Part shown: positions 19,102 through 28,326 of the stretch, one piece after another | Numbering within the stretch: the first letter of the stretch is position 1 | Layout of the letters: each line of letters starts with the position of its first letter | From: Chlamydiales bacterium | GTDB taxonomy: Bacteria; Chlamydiota; Chlamydiia; Chlamydiales; JAAKFR01 | Assembly (NCBI GenBank): GCA_024233495.1 | Contig: JACKPM010000001.1 | Span: 258,584 to 322,583, forward strand | Direction of reading: 5' to 3' | DNA: 64,000 bases | The notes under the pieces: generated by a model | What the model was told of the DNA's origin: nothing | Databases searched by the model: none | What the model saw: only the letters and a program-made list of their open reading frames with translations | Program-made: the position numbers and the translations under genes

Positions 19102-20489
19102 GCTTTCACTTTTCTCTGCTTTGCCGGAGGGGTGATTGGGTTGATCGGTTTGGTGTCAGGTAGCGTTTTGATGCGCTGAATGTCGGCTCCGAGTGCTTGC
19201 AGCTTTGGAACAAGACGCTCATACCCACGGTCAAGGAAGGGCATGCCACTGATGTAGCTATTTCCCTTAGCTGTGAGGGCTGCCATCACGTATGCAAAGC
19301 CAGCGCGCAGGTCTGGAATCGTAAACTCATTCCCTTCTAGCTTGGTGATTCCCCGCACAATGATGCTGTGGTAGTAGTTTTGCATCGCATAGCGGCACGG
19401 CTTACTTCCCAAACACTCTTTGAAGGGCTCAATGTGAGCGCCCATCTGCCGCAACATTTCTGTGTAACCGAAGCGGTTATCGTAAACAGTCTCGTGGATA
19501 ACCGAAGTGCCTTCCGCCTGGGTCAGTAAAACAGTGAAGGGCTGCTGCCAGTCAGTCATAAAGCCTGGGTGCACATCGGTTTCAATGTGCGCGCCTCCAT
19601 GCAGCTTTCCTTGATAAAAGAATTCAATCCCATCCTCTCTCACCTTAAAACCACCCCCAATGTCGCGAATCTTATTAAGGAGAGTGATCATATTTTGGTG
19701 TTGGGCCCTCTCTACAAAGACCCGCCCCTTTGTTGCAATTGCCGCCATGCCAAAAGAGGCCGCTTCAATGCGGTCGGTCAAAACAGTGTGCTCTACCTCA
19801 TTCGAAACAGTATTCCCTTCAATACAAATTGTGCGCCCGGCATCCATGTGGATGTGTGCTCCCATTTTCTGTAAAAAGAGGATGAGGTCGACGATTTCAG
19901 GTTCAGTGGCTGCGTTGCGGATCACAGTGTGTCCTTCCGCACGCACACCTGCCAATATGGTGTTCTCGGTAGCGCCAATTGAGGGGTAGGGGAGTTCGAT
20001 CAAGTTGCCCTTTAAGCCGTTATGGGCATGGGCAAGGTAGGCTCCCTCTTTGCGCATCTCCCGATATTCGATAGAGGCTCCAAGCTTTTGAAGAGCATTA
20101 ATATGGAAGTCGACAGAGCGCACCCCTATCGCATCTCCTCCAACAGTAGGGATAATGATGTCTTCAGCAGTTCTTCCCAACAAAGCTCCAATCATCAAAA
20201 TAGGGATGCGGTTGGCTCCAGAGAAGCGCTGAGGGATGTATGATGTCTTCAAACCCTTGGTTCGAATCTCAAGGATGCCGTTTTTGCGATCCCATGAAAC
20301 TTCAGAACCTATTTCTTTGCAGAGGTTTACAGTTATTTCTACATCGCCAATATCGGGCACATTGTAGAAAATGCACTTTTTGTCGGAGAGGAGAGAGGCA
20401 ACAAGAAGCTTTGTCATTGCATTCTTGGCACCCGCAGCTCGCACACTCCCTTTGAGTTGGGAACTACCCTTTACTTCTAGAATATCCAT
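19098..20489 (-). CDS. murA: UDP-N-acetylglucosamine 1-carboxyvinyltransferase
   Basis: The ORF runs to 20561. Met25 (MDILEVKGSSQLKGSV..GAKNA) aligns with canonical MurA N-termini. The active-site loop reads GGDAIG, with Asp instead of Cys. Confidence 0.9.
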   Translation of the reverse strand: MDILEVKGSSQLKGSVRAAGAKNAMTKLLVASLLSDKKCIFYNVPDIGDVEITVNLCKEIGSEVSWDRKNGILEIRTKGLKTSYIPQRFSGANRIPILMIGALLGRTAEDIIIPTVGGDAIGVRSVDFHINALQKLGASIEYREMRKEGAYLAHAHNGLKGNLIELPYPSIGATENTILAGVRAEGHTVIRNAATEPEIVDLILFLQKMGAHIHMDAGRTICIEGNTVSNEVEHTVLTDRIEAASFGMAAIATKGRVFVERAQHQNMITLLNKIRDIGGGFKVREDGIEFFYQGKLHGGAHIETDVHPGFMTDWQQPFTVLLTQAEGTSVIHETVYDNRFGYTEMLRQMGAHIEPFKECLGSKPCRYAMQNYYHSIIVRGITKLEGNEFTIPDLRAGFAYVMAALTAKGNSYISGMPFLDRGYERLVPKLQALGADIQRIKTLPDTKPINPITPPAKQRKVKA

Positions 20490-20757
20490 GCGGCCACATT
20501 TATATATTACGCTGCGATCAATTGCAAACTCCAAATTATGAATGGATTGTAAAGACGTCATAACTAATTAATAGTCAAAAGGGAACAATATAATGATGAA
20601 AAGAGTAGTTAGTTTTCGCTTAATTCAATCAAAAAAAGTTTGATAAATTATGGAAGCGGCAAGATAATGGAGTCAAAGGACTGTGCGACTTGTGTTGTAC
20701 AGATGCCCGGAGTACTCGGGAAAAAAAACGACTTCTTAAACCAAAGAGGAGTTTCAT

Positions 20758-21063
20758 ATGAAACACTTGAAAATGGCCTTTGCTGCCCTATTTATCATGG
20801 GTGCTTTCAGCTTGGCTGGTTGTAGCAACTTCTGCGATTGCTTCTGCGATCCATGTGGTTGGTTCAACAGTGGCAGTAACTGCTGCAGCCCTTGCGAAAA
20901 GCCATGTGCACCTAAAAAGTGTGACCCATGTCCAAAGCCTTGTGCGAAAGAGTGTCCTCCAAGATGCCCCAAGCCTAAGTGCGAACCATGCTGCAAGCAG
21001 CCTCGCTGCCAGCCTACCTGTAAAGAGCGTAGCTGCAGCCCATGCCAACCTAAATGTAAATAA
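20758..21063 (+). CDS. omcA: Small cysteine-rich outer-membrane lipoprotein (OmcA-like)
   Basis: 101 aa. Signal peptide with lipobox SLAGC, very Cys/Pro-rich (CxPC repeats), immediately upstream of omcB. Confidence 0.8.
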   Translation: MKHLKMAFAALFIMGAFSLAGCSNFCDCFCDPCGWFNSGSNCCSPCEKPCAPKKCDPCPKPCAKECPPRCPKPKCEPCCKQPRCQPTCKERSCSPCQPKCK

Positions 21064-21144
21064 CTTTAGGTTATAACGTACCCAAGCTCCTTGTGGGGCT
21101 TGGGTCGAAGTTCCGAATATGGAATCGAATAATAGGAGTTTTTG

Positions 21145-22833
21145 ATGGTGAAGAAGACCATACGTACCCTTTTTTCAGGACTCTTTTGCACGAGTCTTTT
21201 TTTCATGGTAAGCTGCAGTGGAAGCTGGTGCGATTGCCTCTTCCCATCTTGCGGGACGAAGTGTCCCCCACAGGATTGCTGCTCTCCTTGCCAGAAACCA
21301 TGTCCGCCTGCAACGGCGGCCTGTCCTCAGCCTTGCGCTTCAGAGGGCAATCCTTACTTCCCATGTAACTCTTCAGTTTCCCCTTGTGGAAACGGCGACT
21401 GTGACCAAGGCATGTGTGGCCAAGGTTCTTGTGAGCCTGCAATGGAGCGTTGCTACGGAAGAATGAACTCTTATCGCACAGACGATGGATGTGTTGTTGA
21501 GCTCTGCCAAAGAGCTCCTGAGTTTGCAACTGTTGGATCACCTTACCCTGTAGAGATCATGATCACTGCGCGCAAAGAGTGTGCGGACGTTACTGTCCAC
21601 CAAACACTTCCTTGTGACTCAGAGTTTGTGAAGAGTGACCCTCCAGCAACACCAGATAAAGACAATGCGCTTGTGTGGAAGTTTCCTCACATGAAGTGCG
21701 GTGAGACACAAAAAGTTTGTGTGTGGATCAAGCCAATGAAAGAGGGATGCTGTCTTGCAGCAGCCACTGTTTGTGCTTGCCCACAACTCTGTGCTTACAC
21801 CAACTGTTCACAGCCTGTGATCTGCATTAAGAAGTGCGGACCTGAGTGTGCATGCGTTAACTGCCCTGTTAGCTATCTTATTGAGGTAACTAACTCAGGT
21901 TCAGCTCCTGCATACGACGTTGTTGTTCAGGACGCAGTTCCTGAAGGACTTTGTCACTCAAGTGGCATGAAATGCCTTTCATATAACCTAGGCACCATTT
22001 GCCCAGGAGAATGCAAACGCATTTGTGTCAACTTCACAGCGATGAAAGAAGGATGTGTGACCAACACAGCTACAGTAACTTACTGTGGCGGCCCTAAGTG
22101 TTCTGCAGAAGCGACTACCATGATTAACCAACCATGTGTAGAAGTGACTAAGACAGGTCCAGATTGGGCGTACATCTGTAAGACAGTTGAGTACACAATT
22201 ACCGTGAAGAACCCTGGTGGTATCGTTCTTAGAGATGTAGTCATCGATGACATCTCAGCAAATGGTACAACTATCGTCGACGCTCAAGGAGCTGAGATTT
22301 GCTGTAACAGAGCAAAGTGGTGCTTGCCACAACTTTGTCCTGGAGAGAGCAAGACATTCAAGATCACTGTGAGATCTCAAATGCCTGGTAAGCTCACCAA
22401 CAAAGTGACTGTATGCAGCCAATCTGACTGCGGTCCTTGCACATGTTGTGCAGAAGCGACAACTCTTTGGAAGGGTATCGCTGCAACACACATGTGTATG
22501 GTAGATACGAAAGATCCTGTCTGCATTGGTGAGACAGCTCAATACCGTATCTGCGTAACCAACCGTGGTTCAGCTGAAGATACAAACGTGAAACTCGTGG
22601 TGAACTTCACAAACGAGCTCCAGCCCGAGAAGGCGATGGGGCCAACATCTGGAACCATCAGCGGACAAACTGTAGAGTTCAAGCCAATTGAGCGGCTTGC
22701 ACCTAAGCAGTCTGTTGAGTTCTGCATCACAGTGAAAGGAGTCTCTGCGGGAGATGCTCGAGGGGAAGCGAAGATCACTTCCGACAGCTTGAGCTCACCT
22801 GTTGTTGACACTGAAAGCACTCACGTCTACTAG
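21145..22833 (+). CDS. omcB: Large cysteine-rich outer-membrane complex protein (OmcB-like, DUF11 repeats)
   Basis: About 562 aa from the ATG at 21145, with AGGAG 6 nt upstream. It has a signal/lipobox-like N-terminus, a Cys-rich N-terminal region and repeated beta-rich modules (VTVKNPG, ICVTNRGSA). Confidence 0.9.
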   Translation: MVKKTIRTLFSGLFCTSLFFMVSCSGSWCDCLFPSCGTKCPPQDCCSPCQKPCPPATAACPQPCASEGNPYFPCNSSVSPCGNGDCDQGMCGQGSCEPAMERCYGRMNSYRTDDGCVVELCQRAPEFATVGSPYPVEIMITARKECADVTVHQTLPCDSEFVKSDPPATPDKDNALVWKFPHMKCGETQKVCVWIKPMKEGCCLAAATVCACPQLCAYTNCSQPVICIKKCGPECACVNCPVSYLIEVTNSGSAPAYDVVVQDAVPEGLCHSSGMKCLSYNLGTICPGECKRICVNFTAMKEGCVTNTATVTYCGGPKCSAEATTMINQPCVEVTKTGPDWAYICKTVEYTITVKNPGGIVLRDVVIDDISANGTTIVDAQGAEICCNRAKWCLPQLCPGESKTFKITVRSQMPGKLTNKVTVCSQSDCGPCTCCAEATTLWKGIAATHMCMVDTKDPVCIGETAQYRICVTNRGSAEDTNVKLVVNFTNELQPEKAMGPTSGTISGQTVEFKPIERLAPKQSVEFCITVKGVSAGDARGEAKITSDSLSSPVVDTESTHVY

Positions 22834-22857
22834 TTCTAGACGAGAGAACATTCTAAC

Positions 22858-22890
22858 AACCGCCAGTCTTCGGGCTGGCGGTTTTTTTTT
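22858..22890 (+). terminator. Rho-independent terminator after omcB
   Basis: AACCGCCAG-TCTTCGGG-CTGGCGGTT stem followed by T9 (22882..22890). Confidence 0.85.
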
Positions 22891-22911
22891 GTGTTCGGTA
22901 CGATGGCCATT

Positions 22912-23391
22912 ATGAAAATCCGCACTGGTCTTGGACAAGACAGCCACCGTTTCCTCACGGAAGAGAGCACAAAGCCGTGTGTGATCGCTGGACTCATCTT
23001 TGAGGATGTCCCAGGCTTCAAAGCCAACTCTGATGGAGACATCGTCTTCCATGCGATTTGCAACGCGATTTCCTCTGTTACAGGGGAGATTATCCTTGGA
23101 ATCAAGGCAGATGAGATCTTGAAGACACGCGGCATTACAGATAGCCGCGTCTATTTAGAAGAAGCACTCAAAACGCTTGGAAACCAGAAAATCGAACATG
23201 TGGCTATCTCATTGGAGGGAACGCGCCCTCACTTTTTGCATCGCAATCTTGAGATGCGGCAGTCGATTGCTGAGGCGTTGCGGATCGATTTCTCTTGTGT
23301 AGGGCTCACAGCAACGACAGGAGAGCGCCTCACTGATTTTGGGAGGGGAGAAGGAGTGCAGTGTTTGTGCATTCTGACTACAAGCGCATGA
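22912..23391 (+). CDS. ispF: 2-C-methyl-D-erythritol 2,4-cyclodiphosphate synthase
   Basis: [14 protein letters not shown]... matches the IspF N-terminus. The ORF opens at 22891, and the ATG at 22912 was chosen by alignment to the canonical start. Confidence 0.85.
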   Translation: MKIRTGLGQDSHRFLTEESTKPCVIAGLIFEDVPGFKANSDGDIVFHAICNAISSVTGEIILGIKADEILKTRGITDSRVYLEEALKTLGNQKIEHVAISLEGTRPHFLHRNLEMRQSIAEALRIDFSCVGLTATTGERLTDFGRGEGVQCLCILTTSA

Positions 23392-24278
23392 TCAAGCTCT
23401 CCATTCTTGTCACCAACTACAACTACGGCCATTACCTTGAGGAGACGCTCTCTTCTCTTTTTCAAAATAAGCGAATGGATGAAGTGGAGGTGCTCTTTGT
23501 GGATGATGCCTCAACTGACAACAGCCGCGAGGTAGTCGAAAAGCTCAACCTTCCTCTGCGCACTTTTTGTCATGAAAAGAATTTAGGGCAAGAAGAGGCA
23601 CTCAACACCCTCTATCCTCATATTCGTGGCCTCTACGTGCATCCCTTTGCTGCAGACGACATCATGCTTCCAGGAGCACTTGACACTATGCTCAGCTACT
23701 TTGATCGCTTTCCTCACATCGCCGCCTTCTGCTCAGATGTCGCACTTTTTGAAGAGGGGCAAAAAATGCGTGTGCAACCCCTTTTCGAAACAAAGGAGTT
23801 TCATTACTTTTCCCCAAAAGCTGTCTGCCATCTTTTTGCACACACTGATTTTTGGATTCCCGGTCCCACCATTTTTGCTAAGAAAGAGATCTTTTTGCAG
23901 TATGGCCCCTTTGACAAAAAGCTTTATTCTATCAATGACTGGTGGGTGAATCATCGCATCGCCTTTTTTGAAGGTGTAGGCTATATTCCCTGCGCTATCT
24001 CAAAGCAAAGGCAACATGCACACTCTTTTGGTCGCCGCATTTCAAAAGAGAAGGTGATTGCAAGCTGGCTCCATCTGTTTGAGTTATTGAATAATGACCC
24101 AAAGTTGAAACCCCTCTACCGCACGGGTGTCTTCCGTATGTTTGGACTGCGCATTATCTATAAACACCTTCTGTTTAGGCCCCGTTATTGGAAATATCTC
24201 CTCCCTATGATGAGGAAAATGGTTGAGGAACGTCTTTTCAAAAACCGCAACCAAGCTTGGCTGAGGAGAGTGTCGTGA
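23388..24278 (+). CDS. Glycosyltransferase family 2
   Basis: [20 protein letters not shown]...VDDASTDNS is a GT-A N-terminal signature. ATGA overlap with the ispF stop. Confidence 0.8.
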   Translation: MIKLSILVTNYNYGHYLEETLSSLFQNKRMDEVEVLFVDDASTDNSREVVEKLNLPLRTFCHEKNLGQEEALNTLYPHIRGLYVHPFAADDIMLPGALDTMLSYFDRFPHIAAFCSDVALFEEGQKMRVQPLFETKEFHYFSPKAVCHLFAHTDFWIPGPTIFAKKEIFLQYGPFDKKLYSINDWWVNHRIAFFEGVGYIPCAISKQRQHAHSFGRRISKEKVIASWLHLFELLNNDPKLKPLYRTGVFRMFGLRIIYKHLLFRPRYWKYLLPMMRKMVEERLFKNRNQAWLRRVS

Positions 24279-25366
24279 AGTGGTGTGCCCTGATCACGCA
24301 CTTATGGAATGAGAGTGGGCACCGCTTTCAATACCACCGCTGTTTTCAAGAAGCGATTGAAACGCTTGATCTCCCCTATGAAGGCATCACGAACAAAGTG
24401 TGCCCTATTGCGAATCTTCCTAAGGAGTGGGAGCGCACGCTTTCATGGCGCGATGCCACGAATCTTTTAGGTAGAGTTGAACAACTCTTCTCAAACTTCT
24501 TTGACTTCTCCCGCACCTTTCTCAGAAGTGGAGAAGAGCGCGCCTACTTTCTAGAGTCATACACACTGCGCGACGCTGCAGCCCTTGCACTTGCCATCTC
24601 TCTTTTTTTTAAGCGTAAGGACCGCTTCTACCTGCTCATGCGCACAGACCTTCAGAGCAACTACACCTCACCTAAAAAGCGCGCTCTCTACCTCACCTTT
24701 TTCCGCGTTATCCAAAAGAAGCTCAAAAGTCGCCTTATCCTCCTTTCGGATAGTGATAAAGTGGCAGCCTACTTTGAACACACCCTACAGCAGAAAGTGC
24801 ATGTTCTCCCAATTCCGCACACCGCGGGGCTCCCAGTAGCGCCAGTTTGTCCACCCAAAGAGAGAATCCGCATGTGGTGGGTTGGTGTGCCCAACCTCGT
24901 CAAAGGGCCAGATGAAATCAAAGAGCTTGTCAAAAGCCATACCTCTGAGAAATTTGAGCTCTCACTGAGTGAAGAGTTTCCCCTAGAGGGCACTATCCCC
25001 ATTCACTATCTAAAAAGCGTGCTGACTAGAGAAGAGTACACTGAGCAAATGGCTAATACGGACGTTATTCTTCTCCCTTACGATCCCATCTCGTATGCAG
25101 CGCGTACATCGGGCATCTTCGTCGAGACAATTTTTGCTGGGAAAATACCCTTTGTGCGAGCAGGAAGCTGGCTTGCCGACGAGCTTCTCAAGCACAATCT
25201 CCCTGAACTTCTGATTAAGTGGAACTCACTCGATGCAATTGCTCGTCTTGCTCGCGACCCAAGCGTGCATGCCAAGCTTACTGCGATGCAAAATCACTAC
25301 CGCCACTACCACTGCATGGAGAGCTTCACCCAAACCCTCTCGCACATTTATAGTCAAATTGGTTGA
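24275..25366 (+). CDS. Hypothetical protein, possibly GT-B-fold glycosyltransferase-like. Its 3' end is remodelled by MITE-B3.
   Basis: The GTG start overlaps the upstream stop (GTGA). The C-terminal half (ILLPYDPISYAARTSGIFVETIFAGKIPFV) loosely resembles GT-B C-domains. The last 5 codons and the stop lie in TATA plus MITE-B3. Confidence 0.5.
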   Translation: MKWCALITHLWNESGHRFQYHRCFQEAIETLDLPYEGITNKVCPIANLPKEWERTLSWRDATNLLGRVEQLFSNFFDFSRTFLRSGEERAYFLESYTLRDAAALALAISLFFKRKDRFYLLMRTDLQSNYTSPKKRALYLTFFRVIQKKLKSRLILLSDSDKVAAYFEHTLQQKVHVLPIPHTAGLPVAPVCPPKERIRMWWVGVPNLVKGPDEIKELVKSHTSEKFELSLSEEFPLEGTIPIHYLKSVLTREEYTEQMANTDVILLPYDPISYAARTSGIFVETIFAGKIPFVRAGSWLADELLKHNLPELLIKWNSLDAIARLARDPSVHAKLTAMQNHYRHYHCMESFTQTLSHIYSQIG

Positions 25367-25506
25367 AAATTTTACAAATTCATACCATTTGGCTTCTCCA
25401 AAGATTGCGCTCGTTCTCATAGACCATAAATGGTCTAAGTCGAACTTTGCACTTACTTTGGCTTTGCCATCTGCCATGAATTTGTAAAATTTTCAACCGA
25501 TTTGAC
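25353..25506 (+). mobile_element. MITE family B, copy 3
   Basis: 154 bp. Left flank TATA. The right end is directly followed by the TA target used by MITE-A4. Confidence 0.85.
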
Positions 25507-25508
25507 TA

Positions 25509-25671
25509 GATGGTGTCGTCAAATTTTCTCCTTTGTCAGCCGGATCTTTTCTGCCAAAATGCACCTTCGCAACCTCGGAAGTAGCGCTTTGGCTACTCCC
25601 TTCGCTTTCGATTGCGCATTTTGTCTAGAAAATCTCTCGCCTCACAAAGGAGAAAATTTGACGGCACCATC
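25509..25671 (+). mobile_element. MITE family A, copy 4, inserted at the right edge of MITE-B3
   Basis: 163 bp. TA at 25507..25508 and 25672..25673. Confidence 0.9.
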
Positions 25672-25806
25672 TAAGCCGGCCACACAGAACTTTTGGTGAT
25701 TTTGTTTCCAGTTTGGTTATCTCGGCCGTAGACAGTGTTAGTTCACACGGCAAAGCCGAGATAGCCTAAATGGGGGCAAAAGCAACCAAAAGACTACACA
25801 AACATG

Positions 25807-26976
25807 TTAATGAACCAAATATCCTACGATAGAGATGGCGAAGGCTGCAAATATGGGCAGGGTGCGCATCTTCATCTCATAGAGCTTATGGAAGATGTTG
25901 AGAATACACAAAATGATGAGCCCAGGGCACAAAACCTGCAAGATGGGCTGCAGCATGCTCGCAATCCCCATAAAGCCCAAACATGCAATTGCCACAGAAA
26001 CTATAAGAGGAATCGCAATCGGAATCATAGGGTGCACTGGCTTTTTGATAAACTCCTTTTGAATGTACTCGCCAGAGATCGCCGCAATTGGAATCGCCGT
26101 GGTCAAACAAGAGAGCGCAATCGCCAAGCATGAGAAGAGAGCGCCTTTTGCACCAAGAAGGTGAATCGCGATAAGACCCAAGCTCTGCTCAGGCAGATGA
26201 TCGCCAAGGGTGTGACGGTAGTAGGCACCTAGAAGCATAAGGCCTGAGAACATAAGTGCAAGAAGTCCACCAGCAATTGCGCATGAAATGGTCATCTTCT
26301 TGAAAATATGGCGTCTTGCTTCAACTGTATCTTGCTCTTCCTCATCTTGTCTAAAGTAGCTAAAGACGAGAGGGGCAAAAATGAAAGACGCAATCATGTC
26401 GAGCGTATTGTAGCCTGTTCCTAGACCTGTAAGCACTGCGTTTGTATTCGTAATGTCAATAGGCGCCGGAGCTGGGTGGTGCCAAAAACCGAGAATCAAA
26501 ATAGCGCCCAAAGAGAGAATCAAAACAGGTGCCAAAATCACACCGATAATGTCGACAATGCGGTTTTTCTTCAAAGCTAAGACAAGCACCAAAACTGAGG
26601 CAAGAGCGCTAAAGAGCAAAAGTCCCACGTGCGGCATGTAGGGGGCAAGCGTTGCGTGTGCGAGCGTAAAGAGGCGAGGAAGTGACCCAAATGGTCCCAA
26701 AATCATCTGGATGATAAAAAGAAGAACAAAGCCTACACGGCGCCCAGTTTGATTGAAGAATGCGCGGTAATCACCTTGGAAAAGCATCATCGAAATGAGC
26801 CCCAAAAGGGGAAGGGAAACTGCCGTTACCAAAAAGCCGCAAAGGGCTGGGACAGTGTGGGAGCCCATCTTACCACCCAAAATGAGAGGCCAAATTAAGT
26901 CTCCTGCTCCAAAGAACATGGAAAAAAGAGCTAACCCTGCAGCAACGATTCCTGATTTATGTAGCTTGAATGCCAT
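25807..26976 (-). CDS. brnQ: Branched-chain amino acid transport system II carrier (LIVCS family)
   Basis: 389 aa, about 12 TM. N-terminal FSMFFGAGDLIWPL motif typical of BrnQ. Confidence 0.85.
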   Translation of the reverse strand: MAFKLHKSGIVAAGLALFSMFFGAGDLIWPLILGGKMGSHTVPALCGFLVTAVSLPLLGLISMMLFQGDYRAFFNQTGRRVGFVLLFIIQMILGPFGSLPRLFTLAHATLAPYMPHVGLLLFSALASVLVLVLALKKNRIVDIIGVILAPVLILSLGAILILGFWHHPAPAPIDITNTNAVLTGLGTGYNTLDMIASFIFAPLVFSYFRQDEEEQDTVEARRHIFKKMTISCAIAGGLLALMFSGLMLLGAYYRHTLGDHLPEQSLGLIAIHLLGAKGALFSCLAIALSCLTTAIPIAAISGEYIQKEFIKKPVHPMIPIAIPLIVSVAIACLGFMGIASMLQPILQVLCPGLIILCILNIFHKLYEMKMRTLPIFAAFAISIVGYLVH

Positions 26977-27007
26977 GCATATATTATGTCTGGGGGTGTA
27001 TTAAAAA

Positions 27008-28006
27008 TCAATAAACATCTCGGACATACCGATTTTGTCTCTTCAAATTTTTAATGTATTCCTTGGGGTCTTCTTTCCCCTCGCTTTCAACGATTGTATG
27101 GAGCGCTTGATCGACGCTTTTGGCCATCTGCTTTGCATCACCACAGACGTAGAAATAGGCGCCATCCTCTAACCATTTCCAAATATCGTGGCTATTCTCG
27201 AGGAGGCGGTCTTGAACATAGATTTTTTGAGAGGTGTCGCGGGAGAAGGCAGTATCCAGGCGTAAAGCACCCTTTTGAACAGCAGCCTTCCACTCCTCTT
27301 CATAGTAGTAATCTTTTTTCTGGTTCCGCTCGCCGAAAAAAAGCCAGTTGTTGTGGGCTTGCTTTAAGAGGCGCTCTTGCAAAAAGCCGCGAAAAGGAGC
27401 GATTCCTGTTCCTGGTCCCACCATAATAATCGGCTTTTGAAAAGATTCTGGGGAGAGGTAAAAGCTTTTTGCTGGATGAAGGTAGAAATTAAGGATAGGC
27501 TCATTTAGAGGGGCGCGCTTGCACAGAAAGTGGGAGCAAGTGCCGTAGCGTGTAGGGAAGTGCTTGGGATTTTCGTTTACGCTCACAGTAAGGTGAATCT
27601 CTTTGCCGACGGCCTCCATTGAGGAGGCAATCGAGTAGAAACGGGGTAAAAGAGGGCTAAGAAGATCTACTAGCGCCTGTGGAGATATACCGCAATTTTG
27701 TTGAAGTGAAGCGAGCACATGATCACCACCTCCAAGTTTTTTAGGTGAGCGCACAAGATTAGCTTTTTCAGAGAGGTAGCTTCGCAAGTTGAGAGCGTTA
27801 CCTTTTTTGTCGATAACACTCTCTTTGCCTGTTGCTCCCATAGCATCGAGGATGTCTTGGACAAGGATGGGGTCATTTTGCGGGTATATGGCAACACAAT
27901 CCCCGACACGGTAGGATAGATTTGTTTTTGAAATGTCGAGGACTAAATGGTAAGTCTCCTTTTCGGAGAGCGCATTTAGTCTTCGACGTTCAATGATGGG
28001 GATCAT
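27008..28006 (-). CDS. cysJ: FAD/NADPH-binding oxidoreductase module (sulfite reductase flavoprotein CysJ C-terminal type, no flavodoxin domain)
   Basis: 332 aa. [33 protein letters not shown] and terminal RYVRDVY. ATGA overlap with the rpsJ stop. Confidence 0.8.
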   Translation of the reverse strand: MIPIIERRRLNALSEKETYHLVLDISKTNLSYRVGDCVAIYPQNDPILVQDILDAMGATGKESVIDKKGNALNLRSYLSEKANLVRSPKKLGGGDHVLASLQQNCGISPQALVDLLSPLLPRFYSIASSMEAVGKEIHLTVSVNENPKHFPTRYGTCSHFLCKRAPLNEPILNFYLHPAKSFYLSPESFQKPIIMVGPGTGIAPFRGFLQERLLKQAHNNWLFFGERNQKKDYYYEEEWKAAVQKGALRLDTAFSRDTSQKIYVQDRLLENSHDIWKWLEDGAYFYVCGDAKQMAKSVDQALHTIVESEGKEDPKEYIKNLKRQNRYVRDVY

Positions 28007-28320
28007 GCAGCTTTAATTTTAATGTCCACACCCGCTGGCAGAGCCAACGTTTTCAGCGCATCAATCGTGCTTCCAGATGGATCTAGGATGTCGATCAACC
28101 GCTTATGTGTACGGATTTCAAACTGCTCTCGGCTCTTTCGGTCGACGTGTGGAGAACGGAGCACAGTGTAGATTTCACGCTTAGTAGGAAGGGGAATCGG
28201 ACCCACAACGCGTGCACCTGTGCGCTTAGCAGTCTCCACAATGTCGGCTGTTGAACGGTCGATTTGACGTTGGTCAAATCCCTTCAAACGGATCCGAATC
28301 TTTTGCTTCTGTTTTGCCAT
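28003..28320 (-). CDS. rpsJ: 30S ribosomal protein S10
   Basis: 105 aa, IRIRLKGFD... Confidence 0.95.
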   Translation of the reverse strand: MAKQKQKIRIRLKGFDQRQIDRSTADIVETAKRTGARVVGPIPLPTKREIYTVLRSPHVDRKSREQFEIRTHKRLIDILDPSGSTIDALKTLALPAGVDIKIKAA

Positions 28321-28326
28321 TTGTTG

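Noticed and set aside
20754-21076. Long ORFs in alternative frames and antisense across omcA (20754..20996, 20780..21076, 20788..21048), and similar ORFs inside omcB
   Set aside because: They are a by-product of the low-complexity, codon-biased Cys/Pro-rich sequence. Only the frame with a signal peptide, lipobox and CxPC repeats makes biological sense.
21081-21104. Hairpin CCCAAGC-N10-GCTTGGG between omcA and omcB as a terminator
   Set aside because: It has a 7-bp stem with no following T-tract. At most it could be an attenuator or processing site. I do not list it as a feature.
25700-25760. Hairpin TATCTCGGCCGT...ACGGCAAAGCCGAGATA downstream of brnQ as its terminator
   Set aside because: It has a large interrupted loop and no U-tract on the brnQ strand, so the support is insufficient.
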